The notes below the pieces were generated by a model, which ran no database searches, was not told the DNA's origin, and saw only the letters and a program-made list of their open reading frames with translations. The translations under genes were made by a program, and so were the position numbers. A stretch of 64,000 bases of DNA from Clostridia bacterium (lineage in GTDB: Bacteria; Bacillota; Clostridia; Oscillospirales; CAG-382): positions 4,112-68,111 of the forward strand of contig JAFYUZ010000087.1 in assembly GCA_017549365.1 (NCBI GenBank), written 5' to 3'. Of the stretch, positions 47,313-57,393 are shown in pieces. The first letter of the stretch is position 1. Every line of letters starts with the position of its first letter.

Positions 47313-48173
47313 ATGTATACTTCCGTAAGCTCATATTCTTTTTCCCAGTATCTGAGAGACAAAAGAATGAACCTTTTCGACTGCGTTGAAAAGGCGGCAC
47401 AGATGGGATTTTGCGCCATCGAATTTATTGATCTCCCCACCGACGAGGGAATGACCGAGGAAGAATATGCAAAAAAGCTTGCCGAAAAGGCAAACGAATG
47501 CGGCATCAAGATCTCGGCATACACAGTGGGCGCATCCCTTATCAAAAACACCGACGAGGAAACGCGCGCCGAGATCGAAAGAGTGAAAAGAAAGATCGAC
47601 GTTGCAAAAATCCTCGGCGCTCCCGTTATGCGCCACGATGCATATTTTTCCCAGACCAAATACCGCAGTTTTGACCTTGCCCTGCCCGAGCTTGCCGCAA
47701 ATATCCGCGAACTTGCAGAATACGGCAAATCGGTGGGTGTGAAAACCATGATCGAAAACCACGGCTATGTCTGCCAGGACAGCGAAAGAGTTGAGCGCAT
47801 CTTCAACGCCGTAAACCACGAAAACTTCGGTCTGCTTGTGGACATGGGCAACTTTATGTGTGCCGACGACGTGCCCTATCTTGCGGTGTCCCGTCTTGCG
47901 CCCTATGCTTTCCACGTGCACGCAAAGGATTTTTCAAACTACGGCTATCACAAAACTCCCCTTTCACCCTACCTCACATCACGCGGGGGCGCAAAGCTTG
48001 TTGCCAACGTTTGCGGTATGGGCGACGTTGACGTGGAGCGTTGTCTTGCCATCCTTAAAAAGGCGGGCTACGACGGTTGCGTTACCATCGAATACGAAGG
48101 CACAATGGACTGCATCGCAGGAATTGAAATGGGCCTTGCAAACCTTAACGAAGCTATCAAGCGCATCGGCTGA
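47313..48173 (+). CDS. sugar phosphate isomerase/epimerase (xylose isomerase-like TIM barrel)
   Basis: 286 aa. IENHGY and DMGNF metal-ligand-type motifs. AAGGAGG RBS. Confidence 0.8.
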   Translation: MYTSVSSYSFSQYLRDKRMNLFDCVEKAAQMGFCAIEFIDLPTDEGMTEEEYAKKLAEKANECGIKISAYTVGASLIKNTDEETRAEIERVKRKIDVAKILGAPVMRHDAYFSQTKYRSFDLALPELAANIRELAEYGKSVGVKTMIENHGYVCQDSERVERIFNAVNHENFGLLVDMGNFMCADDVPYLAVSRLAPYAFHVHAKDFSNYGYHKTPLSPYLTSRGGAKLVANVCGMGDVDVERCLAILKKAGYDGCVTIEYEGTMDCIAGIEMGLANLNEAIKRIG

Positions 48174-48177
48174 TACA

Positions 48178-48206
48178 TAAAAAAGCACCCCTTGGGTGCT
48201 TTTTTA
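48178..48206. terminator. bidirectional intrinsic terminator (isomerase and AraC genes converge)
   Basis: AAAAAGCACCC-CTT-GGGTGCTTTTTT. Confidence 0.8.
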
Positions 48207-48208
48207 TT

Positions 48209-49105
48209 TCAGTTTTCCTTTTTAAGGTATTTGAGCGGCGTCATTCCGGTCTCTCTTTTGAAGCAATATATAAAATATTCATAGCTCGAATACGAAAGCA
48301 TCCGTGCCGTTTCTTCTGCATCATAACCCTGATCGAGAAGCTCGGTGGCGCGCCTGATCTTTATTTTGCTGAAATAAGCCATAATGCCACAATCGGAATT
48401 TTGAGCAAAGATCTTTTTCATAAGGCTTACGCTCATGTTGCATTTTTGAGACAACTCGGAAAGGGTAAGCTTTTTTTCATAATTTCTGTTCAATACTCCG
48501 ACGATTTCCAGATATCTCGGATCGATTCTTTTTTCACGGTCTGTCTCTGCGGAGATCACAAGATCGCACAACAGACCTTCGAAAATGCTGATGCCCTTTT
48601 GAAGATTTTTTTCGCTGCCGTAGCCGCTGTAATACTTCGATAAGGCCTGTACCGCCGTTTTGAAAAGGCTGATTTGCGATGGAAGCAGATTGAAAATCTT
48701 GTCGGCAAAAAAATCCACATCCTCACCGACAAGCTCAAACGATGCCACCATAAATTCGAGTTCTGCATCCCCTTGCTGATAAGTTTTGTGAAACTCCATC
48801 GGCTTGTGCGCAACCATCATTCCCTCGGTGAGCAGATGCTCTTTGTCGTCCGAAAGCTCGAGTGCGCACCCCTTTACCACCAGGGTAAACTCCCAAAAAT
48901 CGTGCTTGTCACCAACCGAGCCATAGCCCACAGGGCGAATCTTGTCGCAGGCATAAAGAAAAGTTTTGATCTCAATATACTTCCTTGGTTTTATGATCCT
49001 CAACCGCCACCGAAGATCCTTGAGAAAGCGTTCGATTTCTTTGGGATCCGAGCTGTCGTTCGGATTGTGGGCGATAAGTTGCAGGTCTCGCTTGTCATAA
49101 ATCAT
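48209..49105 (-). CDS. AraC family transcriptional regulator (cupin sensor plus AraC HTH)
   Basis: C-terminal LTLSELSQKCNMSVSLMKKIF...ETARMLSYSSYEYFIYCFKRETGMTPLKY. ATG 49105 is preferred; ATG 49177 has no RBS and sits directly after a TGTTATAAT box. It is divergent from the giant gene. Confidence 0.85.
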   Translation of the reverse strand: MIYDKRDLQLIAHNPNDSSDPKEIERFLKDLRWRLRIIKPRKYIEIKTFLYACDKIRPVGYGSVGDKHDFWEFTLVVKGCALELSDDKEHLLTEGMMVAHKPMEFHKTYQQGDAELEFMVASFELVGEDVDFFADKIFNLLPSQISLFKTAVQALSKYYSGYGSEKNLQKGISIFEGLLCDLVISAETDREKRIDPRYLEIVGVLNRNYEKKLTLSELSQKCNMSVSLMKKIFAQNSDCGIMAYFSKIKIRRATELLDQGYDAEETARMLSYSSYEYFIYCFKRETGMTPLKYLKKEN

Positions 49106-49234
49106 AATTTCCCGCCTTTTGTGTCCGATTTCTATGTAAAAATAGCTGATTAGGGCTTGAAAATATAAATCGGACATGGTATTCTGTAATTATTATAACA
49201 TTATCTTTTATCAAAATCAATAGGAGGAAAAGAT

Positions 49235-52200
49235 ATGAAAAAAATACTTTCTCTTATTCTTTCGGTCTTTATGCTGCTGCCTGCGGCAGTGGTATATCCG
49301 ACAAGTGTGGGCGCTTCGGAAAATACGGCATACGTCAGCACCGACGGCGTCATCACAGGCTTTGACGGCACAGTTTACACCTCGATATCCTCGGCTCTTT
49401 CTGCTCTTTCCGCAGGAGATGCAACCATCTATCTCGAAGGTGTTGACACCCTGCCCGTAACACCCGACCTTTCAAAGCACGCGGGCAAAACGCTGAAAAT
49501 TGTCGGTTACAACAATTCGGCAAACGGCAATGTTGTTCAATTCAAAAACGCCACAAAATCTTTTATCCCCACGGGCGGTGCAAACATCGTTTTTGACAAC
49601 ATCACCGTAAAGCACGCCGACGGCTCGACGACCGAAGACTGGATATTCCCCTCGGACGGCAGCATCACCTTCGGTGAAAACTGCCTTTACGAGCACGGCT
49701 ACCGTGCCGACAAAAATCTTAATCTTAAAATGCACATCGGTTCGTACTATGCAAAAAACGGCGGAACGATAAACTTTGATTCCCCCGACGTTCAGTATGC
49801 AGAGACCGGCTCGATCGCAGGCTATCTTGGCGGTACGACATCAAGCTTTACCACCGAGGGTGACGTGGTCTACAACTTCAATGCGGGAATCTTTGACGGA
49901 GTTTACGGAGGCATGCGCAACAGCACCACAGGATTTGCCACCCTTAACGGCGACGTTTATTACAACTTCAACGGCGCTGATCTTTCATCAAATGCCACCT
50001 TTGCCATGGGAAACCTCAAAAACGGCGTTCTCAACGGAAACATTCTCTTTACTTTTAACGGCGGCAAAATAAACCGCACGCTTTATATGGGCTCGTCGGG
50101 CAATATCACCGATTCGTACACCGCCTTCGGAAATATGGCGGCGATCATCAACGCCGACAGCATCAAAAGCGACGGCAACTCCTTCACTCTCAAAATTGTT
50201 GACGGAAAACTGCCCACAAATCGCGGCAAGCTTTTCGTTATCATAAACCACGCCGAAGATCTTGCCTCAAACAGCAATGCGCAGATAACCGTTTCGGCAA
50301 CCGCCATCGACTATTATCTTTCGGTAAAAGGCGGAAAACTTTCTCCCGTATTTGCAAAATCCGCCTCGGGTACTGTGGGAAGATTCCTCGGATTCAATTC
50401 TGTCCCCGACACCGAAGGTCTTGTTCCTGCCATCGGCGGAACAGCTCTTACCAAAAATTCGTCGGGCTATTACACCGTGACAAGCTCGGCTTCTCTTCAG
50501 GAAATAACCTTTATCGAAGAGAAAAATCAGGAAGAACAGCCTGTTGAGGGCGCGGTCTACGTCAGCACCGACGGTGTCATTTCGGGCTTTGACGGCACAG
50601 TTTACACCTCGATATCCTCGGCTCTTTCTGCCCTTCCCGCAGGAGATGCAACCATCTATCTCGAAGGTGTCGACACCCTGCCCGTAACACCCGACCTTTC
50701 AAAGCACGCGGGCAAAACGCTGAAAATTGTCGGTTACAACAATTCGGCAAACGGCAACGTTGTTCAATTCAAAAACGCCACAAAATCCTTTGTCCCCACG
50801 GGCGGTGCAAACATTGTTTTTGACAACATCACCGTAAAGCACGCCGACGGCTCGACGACCGAAGACTGGATATTCCCCTCGGACGGCAGCATCACCTTCG
50901 GCAAAAACTGCCTTTACGAGCACGGCTACCGCGCCGACAAAAAGCTTGATCTTAAAATGTATATCGGCTCGTATTATGCCAAAAACGGCGGAACGATAAA
51001 CTTTGATTCTCCCGACGTTCAGTATGCAGAGACAGGCTCGATCGCAGGCTATCTTAGCGGTACGACATCAAGCTTTACCACCGAGGGCGACGTGGTTTAC
51101 AACTTCAACGCAGGCACATTTGATAACATCTACGGCGGTATGCGAAACGGCACGTCGGGATTTGCCACCCTTAACGGCGACGTTTATTACAACTTCAACG
51201 GCGCCACCCTTTCTTCGGGCAAGACGCTTGCCACAGGCAATATTTCTAACGGCATCATCAACGGCAACATCTTCTTCACCTTCAACGGCGGCAACGTAAA
51301 CCGCACCTTAAAGCTCGGCTCGACAAGCGGTGTAAACAACGAATATTGCGCCTTTGGCAACACCGTGGTTGTGATAAACCGCGACAAGATCGCCATTGAC
51401 GGCGCACCCTTTACCCTTGCGGTATCCGATGGTCAGCTTCCCGACAAAAACCACGGCAAGATTTTCGTCATCATCAACCACATCGAAAAGGACGGCGGTA
51501 ACATCACTGTAAACTCCGCTTCGCTTGATTATTACGTTCAGGCAAACGGCGGCAGCGTGACCCCCGTTTTTGAAAAGACACAAAACGGCAAGGTCGGCGA
51601 ATTTCTCGGCTTTGATATCGTTTCCGACACAGAAGGTCTTGTTCCTGCCATCTTTGGCAAAATGCTTTCAAAGAACGAAAACGGATATTACCACATAGAT
51701 CCTTCGGTTTCGCTTCAGACTGTGGAATTTGCAAAAGAAGAAGACTTGATCTCAAACGTAACCCTGAAATCGGGAATTTCGGGTCAGGCGGATATTTCGG
51801 CACGGTATTCCAACGGAAAGCCCTATACCATCCCCGAATGTCCCTTTACCCCCGCAAGCGGCAAGGTATTTGCCTGCTGGACGTATGACGGAAAAGACTT
51901 TTTCCCGGGCGACGTCATTGAAATCACCCAAAGCATGACCTTCGACGCAAAATACACAGACAAAGATTCGCCCTACGTTTTCTACGTCAACACAGAAAGC
52001 GGTGCGGACAGCGCAGACGGTCTTTCGGCAGCTTCGGCGTTCAAAACTCTCTCGGCGGCTGTGACTGCCATAAATTCCGCAGGTGTCAGTGAGGGCAGAA
52101 TCCACCTTGTCGGTATTTCCGACTATGAAAACATTCCCAAGCACACAAAAAAGATCACTCTTATCGGCGGCGCCATCACGGCGGATGCCACCGTGGTCCT

Positions 52201-55200
52201 TTCGGGCGACACTGTGTTTGACGGCGTAAAGCTTGCAAGAAACACAATCTACACCGCAGGAAACACCGTACACTTTGCGGAAAATTCTAACGAGGTTATA
52301 AATGTAAAGCTTGTGCTTTCTGCCCCCGACAAGGCAAGCGCAAACAACGGCGCCATTCTTGACGGCGGTCATTTTGCCCACGTTATACTCACTGAAAATA
52401 CAAACACCGAAAACACATATCTTTCGGTCTCCCCCACCTGCAAGACTATAAAAAAGCTCACCCTCGGCGGCACGCAGGGCACTGCCAAAAACCTTGCTTT
52501 TTCGCTGAACAGTCCCGCGGTTTCGGTATGGAGCACAGGTGAAAAGGCGGCATCGGGCGATATTCTCTTTTACCTTGCAACCGAAGACAAAGAAATAAAA
52601 TTCGCACTTTCCAAGGACGATCTTGACGCCGACAAATTCATCTTTGTCAAAAACGGCACAGAAAACGAAATTCCCCTTTCCCGTGACAGCGCATTTGCCG
52701 CTCCCGACGGAAAACATATCTACGCCATGGGACAAGCGCACATCTTCTATCCCGTAGGCGGAAAAATGACGATAACCGAAGCGGGCGAATACGATATCCG
52801 CACCTCTCTCGGTGACGGCGCAGATTATTACGCCTATCCCACAGTTTCCGAAGGCAAATACTTTGACAAATGGGAAAATGCAGGAAACGGACATCTTAAA
52901 GCGATCTTTACAGACCAAGAAAAGCTTCTTTCCTACTACGTTTCGGAAAAGGGCAGCGACGAAAACAGCGGAACTTCGGCAAAAGCGCCCTTCGCGTCGC
53001 TCACCGCGGCGGTAAACGCCCTTGACGGCAAGGACGGCAGAGTGGTTATTATGGACACCGCCTACTGGTCAGAGTCCTCCTCGGTCTGCAACGTCCCCGT
53101 CCACGCAGGCACCATCACCTTCGAAGGTCTTTCGGAAGACAAGGTTGACAGTCAGATAATCGACTATTCAAGAAGCGTTTCCGCCAACGGAACCACAGCA
53201 AGCTTAAAGCTTCAGGGCAACAGTATTTTCAAAAACATTTCTTTCCGCGCCCACCACTACAAATCGATGTACACAGGCGACCACGATCTGCGCCTTGAGG
53301 GCAAAATCGGATATATAAAGGGCACGTCGGGAAATCCCGCCTACACCCTCTTTGCAGGCGCGTATGCGGCAAAAGCGCAGGACACAAGCATCTACCTTGG
53401 CGCAGATCTTACCATCGGCACCCTTAACATCGGCCACAACACCGCATCGGTGATAAACGGCGATGCAAGAATAATCATCGACGGCACAAACGTTCAAAAA
53501 ATGGTGCTTTGCGGAACGGGCGCCACCCTCAATAACGTGGACATCATCTACGTAAAGGGTTCGGTGGGAAGCTTTACCACCACAACAAGCACAGCGGCAA
53601 AAATAAGCGGCGATCTCACTCTTGTAAAGAGCAACGGAGCAGCACTTTCGATTGACAACGCGGCAAATCTTGCCCCTGCAAACACCTATGAATACACCTG
53701 CGACACAGGAATTTTCCTTGTGCCGACAGGCAACAGCAAGACCCTCTTCAAGGTGCTTTCGGACGTCACTGCAAAGTCGGTGAACAAATCCACGGGCAAA
53801 GTATACTATTCATCAAAGGGCGGATATATCGGCCTTCCCGTGGGCTCGTACAACATAACAAAGTCTGATGCTGACTATTACACCAACGACGGCGATACCA
53901 TAACAATACTTAAGGAAACCTCCCTTGACTTTGACGAATATCTTTATCGCAACGAGCACGACGGAATTTTTGCAGGCTGGTGCTATGAAGGCAAGACCAC
54001 AGGTCCCGCAAGCGGCGAAACCCTTGCCGCAGGCACCGTGCTTAAAGCAAACTACGTAAACTACGATCCCGCAGGCAAAGAATTCGGCATAATCGGTCTG
54101 CAAATACGTATTCCCGACGAAAACGCCCCCCAAGGTCTCAGATTTATCGTGAACAAGGACAACACCTTCGACGAAAAATTCAACATCACCGAGTACGGCG
54201 CAGTTATTTTCCCCAAGGTGTATCTGGGAAGTGCACAGCTTGTTCTGGGCGGAAAATACGAATACAAGGGCAACACCTTCTATTCAAGACACATTCGGGC
54301 AAGAAACATTTTTGACACAACCGACAACGGTCTTCTTTACACCCTCTGCCTTATCGGCATAGATCCCGAAAACTACAACACTTTCTATACCACAAGGGCA
54401 TACGCTATCTGTAAGGATGCCAACGGACACGAATTTACCGTATATTCCGATCCCGTATCCTCAAGCCTTGTAAACATAACAAGAAACAACGTCCCCCACA
54501 ACGATAAAGACAAGGAGGTCTTTGAAAACATTATGAAAGAGTGGAAAGACACATATTTCAGCGGAGGCACGACCCCTGCGGCAAACTCGCACTATCCCGT
54601 CGCATACACCGTTAACGAAACGGGCGTTTCTGTCCGCGAGCTCACTGTTGACAGCGGCAAAAACGACGGCAAGACAGTTCAGATCTCGATGATAACAGAC
54701 GCACATCTCAACTCCAACAACGAGGGTCACACCGAAGCCCTTGACAAGGCTCTTAAATGCGCAAGCTTTGCAGATCAGATCGTTCTTTGCGGCGACAACG
54801 TGGAATCGATCTCGTCGGATGCAAACGTAGAGCTTTTCAAGACCCACGTTCTCGATCTTTATCCCGATGTTATCGCTCTGCTCGGAAACCACGAATATTT
54901 CTATCCCGGTTCGGGCAGTATGGATGACATAAAGAAAAAGGTAGACGCCATCTGGCCGCATAATCCCGATTATTATTCGAGACTTGTCGGCGACAAGGTG
55001 CTTGTGGTTTCGGCAGACAATGCGCGTTGTATCGAATACGGTAACTGGGTATATTATTTCACCGAAGAAAAGGTTGACCTTTTGAAAGCCGACATCGAAT
55101 ATGCCCGCAAGAACGGATACACCATCCTCTTCTTCTGCCACGTGGGACTTAACTCGCTTGACAAATCGCTCCGTGCAAACGGCGAGATCTACGAGCTTAT

Positions 55201-55390
55201 CACAAGCAACGCCGACGTTATCAAGGGTTGCTTCTCGGGTCACGGTCACGTTGACAACAGCGCAACTTTGCAGGGCTCGTACATTGACGAAAACGGCAAC
55301 AAGGTTTCGGCAACCATCCCCTATCATTGGTTGCGCGGATGTGCCGAGGACGAATACAAGGGACACGTTCTTTACATCAACGTAAAATAA
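49235..55390 (+). CDS. 2051-aa secreted multi-module protein: four beta-helix-like modules, Listeria/Bacteroides-type (Flg_new-like) repeats, C-terminal metallophosphoesterase
   Basis: TAGGAGG RBS and signal peptide MKKILSLILSVFMLLPAAVVYPTSVGA. Module caps: YVSTDG...SISSALSAL (twice), FYVNTESGADSADGLSAASAFKTLSAAV, YYVSEKGSDENSGTSAKAPFASLTAAV. Repeats such as FTPASGKVFACWTYDGKDFFPGDVI. No LPXTG, SLH or dockerin motif seen. Confidence 0.85.
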   Translation: MKKILSLILSVFMLLPAAVVYPTSVGASENTAYVSTDGVITGFDGTVYTSISSALSALSAGDATIYLEGVDTLPVTPDLSKHAGKTLKIVGYNNSANGNVVQFKNATKSFIPTGGANIVFDNITVKHADGSTTEDWIFPSDGSITFGENCLYEHGYRADKNLNLKMHIGSYYAKNGGTINFDSPDVQYAETGSIAGYLGGTTSSFTTEGDVVYNFNAGIFDGVYGGMRNSTTGFATLNGDVYYNFNGADLSSNATFAMGNLKNGVLNGNILFTFNGGKINRTLYMGSSGNITDSYTAFGNMAAIINADSIKSDGNSFTLKIVDGKLPTNRGKLFVIINHAEDLASNSNAQITVSATAIDYYLSVKGGKLSPVFAKSASGTVGRFLGFNSVPDTEGLVPAIGGTALTKNSSGYYTVTSSASLQEITFIEEKNQEEQPVEGAVYVSTDGVISGFDGTVYTSISSALSALPAGDATIYLEGVDTLPVTPDLSKHAGKTLKIVGYNNSANGNVVQFKNATKSFVPTGGANIVFDNITVKHADGSTTEDWIFPSDGSITFGKNCLYEHGYRADKKLDLKMYIGSYYAKNGGTINFDSPDVQYAETGSIAGYLSGTTSSFTTEGDVVYNFNAGTFDNIYGGMRNGTSGFATLNGDVYYNFNGATLSSGKTLATGNISNGIINGNIFFTFNGGNVNRTLKLGSTSGVNNEYCAFGNTVVVINRDKIAIDGAPFTLAVSDGQLPDKNHGKIFVIINHIEKDGGNITVNSASLDYYVQANGGSVTPVFEKTQNGKVGEFLGFDIVSDTEGLVPAIFGKMLSKNENGYYHIDPSVSLQTVEFAKEEDLISNVTLKSGISGQADISARYSNGKPYTIPECPFTPASGKVFACWTYDGKDFFPGDVIEITQSMTFDAKYTDKDSPYVFYVNTESGADSADGLSAASAFKTLSAAVTAINSAGVSEGRIHLVGISDYENIPKHTKKITLIGGAITADATVVLSGDTVFDGVKLARNTIYTAGNTVHFAENSNEVINVKLVLSAPDKASANNGAILDGGHFAHVILTENTNTENTYLSVSPTCKTIKKLTLGGTQGTAKNLAFSLNSPAVSVWSTGEKAASGDILFYLATEDKEIKFALSKDDLDADKFIFVKNGTENEIPLSRDSAFAAPDGKHIYAMGQAHIFYPVGGKMTITEAGEYDIRTSLGDGADYYAYPTVSEGKYFDKWENAGNGHLKAIFTDQEKLLSYYVSEKGSDENSGTSAKAPFASLTAAVNALDGKDGRVVIMDTAYWSESSSVCNVPVHAGTITFEGLSEDKVDSQIIDYSRSVSANGTTASLKLQGNSIFKNISFRAHHYKSMYTGDHDLRLEGKIGYIKGTSGNPAYTLFAGAYAAKAQDTSIYLGADLTIGTLNIGHNTASVINGDARIIIDGTNVQKMVLCGTGATLNNVDIIYVKGSVGSFTTTTSTAAKISGDLTLVKSNGAALSIDNAANLAPANTYEYTCDTGIFLVPTGNSKTLFKVLSDVTAKSVNKSTGKVYYSSKGGYIGLPVGSYNITKSDADYYTNDGDTITILKETSLDFDEYLYRNEHDGIFAGWCYEGKTTGPASGETLAAGTVLKANYVNYDPAGKEFGIIGLQIRIPDENAPQGLRFIVNKDNTFDEKFNITEYGAVIFPKVYLGSAQLVLGGKYEYKGNTFYSRHIRARNIFDTTDNGLLYTLCLIGIDPENYNTFYTTRAYAICKDANGHEFTVYSDPVSSSLVNITRNNVPHNDKDKEVFENIMKEWKDTYFSGGTTPAANSHYPVAYTVNETGVSVRELTVDSGKNDGKTVQISMITDAHLNSNNEGHTEALDKALKCASFADQIVLCGDNVESISSDANVELFKTHVLDLYPDVIALLGNHEYFYPGSGSMDDIKKKVDAIWPHNPDYYSRLVGDKVLVVSADNARCIEYGNWVYYFTEEKVDLLKADIEYARKNGYTILFFCHVGLNSLDKSLRANGEIYELITSNADVIKGCFSGHGHVDNSATLQGSYIDENGNKVSATIPYHWLRGCAEDEYKGHVLYINVK
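49331..50557 (+). repeat. intragenic tandem repeat unit 1 (409 codons)
   Basis: It begins at the TAC of YVSTDG. The period to unit 2 is exactly 1227 nt. The first ~645 nt are nearly identical to unit 2. Confidence 0.9.
50558..51750 (+). repeat. intragenic tandem repeat unit 2
   Basis: By my count, 13 substitutions in the first ~216 aligned residues versus unit 1. Identity then drops to roughly half for the remaining ~180 residues. Confidence 0.9.
54676..55387 (+). other. calcineurin-like metallophosphoesterase domain of the giant protein
   Basis: Ordered motifs ITDAH, CGDN, GNHE, FFCHVG, GHGH. Confidence 0.85.
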
Positions 55391-55401
55391 ACAAAAAAAT
55401 C

Positions 55402-55430
55402 AAAAAAGCGGCTTTGTGCCGCTTTTTTGT
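55402..55430 (+). terminator. intrinsic terminator after the giant gene
   Basis: AAAAAAGCGGC-TTTGT-GCCGCTTTTTT. Confidence 0.85.
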
Positions 55431-55487
55431 TGCAATGATTTTCCGTTCGTGATATAATATATTCAACATCGGGAAAGGATAAGTATT

Positions 55488-56606
55488 ATGGCTCTGCTTG
55501 ATATCGAAAAACTTATCAAAAACATAGAAAAATGCGCAAAAATCGACCTTGACGAAAACAACCTTTTCGGCTCGGCATACGCTGTGTCGCAGGACGGAAA
55601 AAACGTTTACAAAGGCTTTTTCGGTCATCGCGACAAAGATGGCACGCCGATTGACGAAAAGACGGTCTTTCGTCTTGCCTCTATGACAAAGCCCGTAACA
55701 GGCTTTGCCGCCCTCATCCTTATCGACAGGGGGCTTATTTCGCTTGACGACCCTGTAAAAAAATACCTGCCGCAGTTTGACGGCATCCGCATTGTCGATG
55801 CCGACGGCCGCGACCTTGGAAAAGCGCAGAACGATGCAAAAATTTTGCATCTTCTCACCCACACCTCGGGACTTGGCAGTATAAAATACGTAAAAACTTC
55901 CGACAAAGACCGCGAAACTCTTGACGATACGGTAACAAGGTTTGCATCGGCAGGGCTTGATTTCGAGCCTTTTACACACCAGGCATACAGCGCCGTTGCC
56001 GCCTTTGATGCCATGGCACTTGTGATCGAAAAGGTAACTCGACGCAACTACGGAGAATTTTTGAAAAACGAAATATTCATTCCCTGCGGCATGGTCGACA
56101 CCACCTTTGTGCCAAGCGGTGAACAATGGGACAGAATGGCCGCCATGCACGCAAAGGTGCTTGGGAAAAGTCGTGTGGGTCACACCGACGAAGGTTGCGT
56201 TTTCGAAAACTATCCTGCCGCCCACAATCTTGCGGGGGCTGGACTTGTTTCGACCCTTGACGATTATGAAAAATTTGCCACCATGCTTCTTGAAAAGGGA
56301 AAAGCAGGCGGAAAAGCACTTGTGTCAAAGAAAAGCTTCGAGCTTTATTCTGCCGCCCACGTGCCGCCGCACATAATGAACAGACCTGAGAGCTGGGGGC
56401 TTGGCGTGCGGGTTATTGCATCCGAAGAATACGGCACGCTTCCCGTGGGCACCTTTGGCTGGAGCGGTGCTTACGGCACTCATTTCTGGGTCGATCCGAA
56501 AAACCGCATCACGGCGGTATTTATGAAAAATTCGCGTTTTGACGGTGGCTCGGGAAATAGGTCTGCCGTGCGTTTTGAACACGCGGTAGCAGATGCGCTG
56601 ATATAA
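55488..56606 (+). CDS. serine hydrolase, beta-lactamase/transpeptidase-like fold, cytoplasmic
   Basis: S-x-x-K motif ASMTKPVTG. 372 aa, no signal peptide. Confidence 0.85.
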   Translation: MALLDIEKLIKNIEKCAKIDLDENNLFGSAYAVSQDGKNVYKGFFGHRDKDGTPIDEKTVFRLASMTKPVTGFAALILIDRGLISLDDPVKKYLPQFDGIRIVDADGRDLGKAQNDAKILHLLTHTSGLGSIKYVKTSDKDRETLDDTVTRFASAGLDFEPFTHQAYSAVAAFDAMALVIEKVTRRNYGEFLKNEIFIPCGMVDTTFVPSGEQWDRMAAMHAKVLGKSRVGHTDEGCVFENYPAAHNLAGAGLVSTLDDYEKFATMLLEKGKAGGKALVSKKSFELYSAAHVPPHIMNRPESWGLGVRVIASEEYGTLPVGTFGWSGAYGTHFWVDPKNRITAVFMKNSRFDGGSGNRSAVRFEHAVADALI

Positions 56607-56640
56607 CACAAAAGCAAAAACGGGGCCCCGTTAAAAACAA

Positions 56641-57300
56641 TCATTTTGCCACAAGCTTGCAGCTTTCGTCAATCCACCTTTTTATCTCGGAAATATCAAG
56701 CTCGTCATCAAGAAGCAAGGTGATCCAGTGCTTTTTGTTCATGTGATAGGCAGGAAAAAAGCACCTGCCGTCGATCGCGCTTTCGATCTTTTTCGGATCT
56801 GCCTTTACGTTCATTATTTTCACGGGTCTGTCGATGGGCAGACCTATTTTTTTGGCATTTACCGAAAGAAAAGCGGCGTACCATTTTTTGTTGTCGTTGC
56901 GCCTTACTATGGCGTTTTCGTCGTCCCACGGAAACTCAAGGGGAGTGCCGTATTTTTCAAGCAGATATTCGCGTATTTCAAGAAGCTGTCCGCAAAATTT
57001 CTTTTGTCCGTCAAAGCATTTTTCCAAAACGTCGGATATGATCTTTTCGTATTCTTCACGCACCTGCCCCACAAACGCGCCATCAGCATCGGGGATCTTG
57101 TGAAGAATATATTCGTCGCCGAAATCGGTATCGAAGATCCGACAAAAGAGTGCGCCGTCCTTTTTTAATGTAAGCTCAAGCCTCAATTGCACCGAGGCAA
57201 TAAGAGTTTTGAAAACAAGATCGTCTACCTGTCGGCAAAAGCCGTATTTTTCAAAATTTTCGGGTAGGGGGATCTTTTTGCCGTAATCAATAACGTCCAT
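56641..57300 (-). CDS. MmcQ/YjbR family protein with N-terminal extension
   Basis: The C-terminal half (KKWYAAFLSV...FFPAYHMNKKHWITLLLDD) looks like the YjbR fold family. Confidence 0.7.
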   Translation of the reverse strand: MDVIDYGKKIPLPENFEKYGFCRQVDDLVFKTLIASVQLRLELTLKKDGALFCRIFDTDFGDEYILHKIPDADGAFVGQVREEYEKIISDVLEKCFDGQKKFCGQLLEIREYLLEKYGTPLEFPWDDENAIVRRNDNKKWYAAFLSVNAKKIGLPIDRPVKIMNVKADPKKIESAIDGRCFFPAYHMNKKHWITLLLDDELDISEIKRWIDESCKLVAK

Positions 57301-57393
57301 TCTACCTCCGAAAAACTGTCTGATTTACTTTTGATTATATCAGACGTTTGCATATAAATCAACAGAAAAAATTCCGGCAATGCCGGAACTTTT

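Noticed and set aside
51752-56225. Minus-strand ORFs 51752-52918, 54461-55366 and 55377-56225
   Set aside because: They are antisense shadows of the giant protein gene and the serine hydrolase gene. I recognised no motifs in them.
55488-56606. Beta-lactamase (resistance) call for the S-x-x-K serine hydrolase
   Set aside because: It has no signal peptide, so it is cytoplasmic. The family contains many esterases and peptidases.
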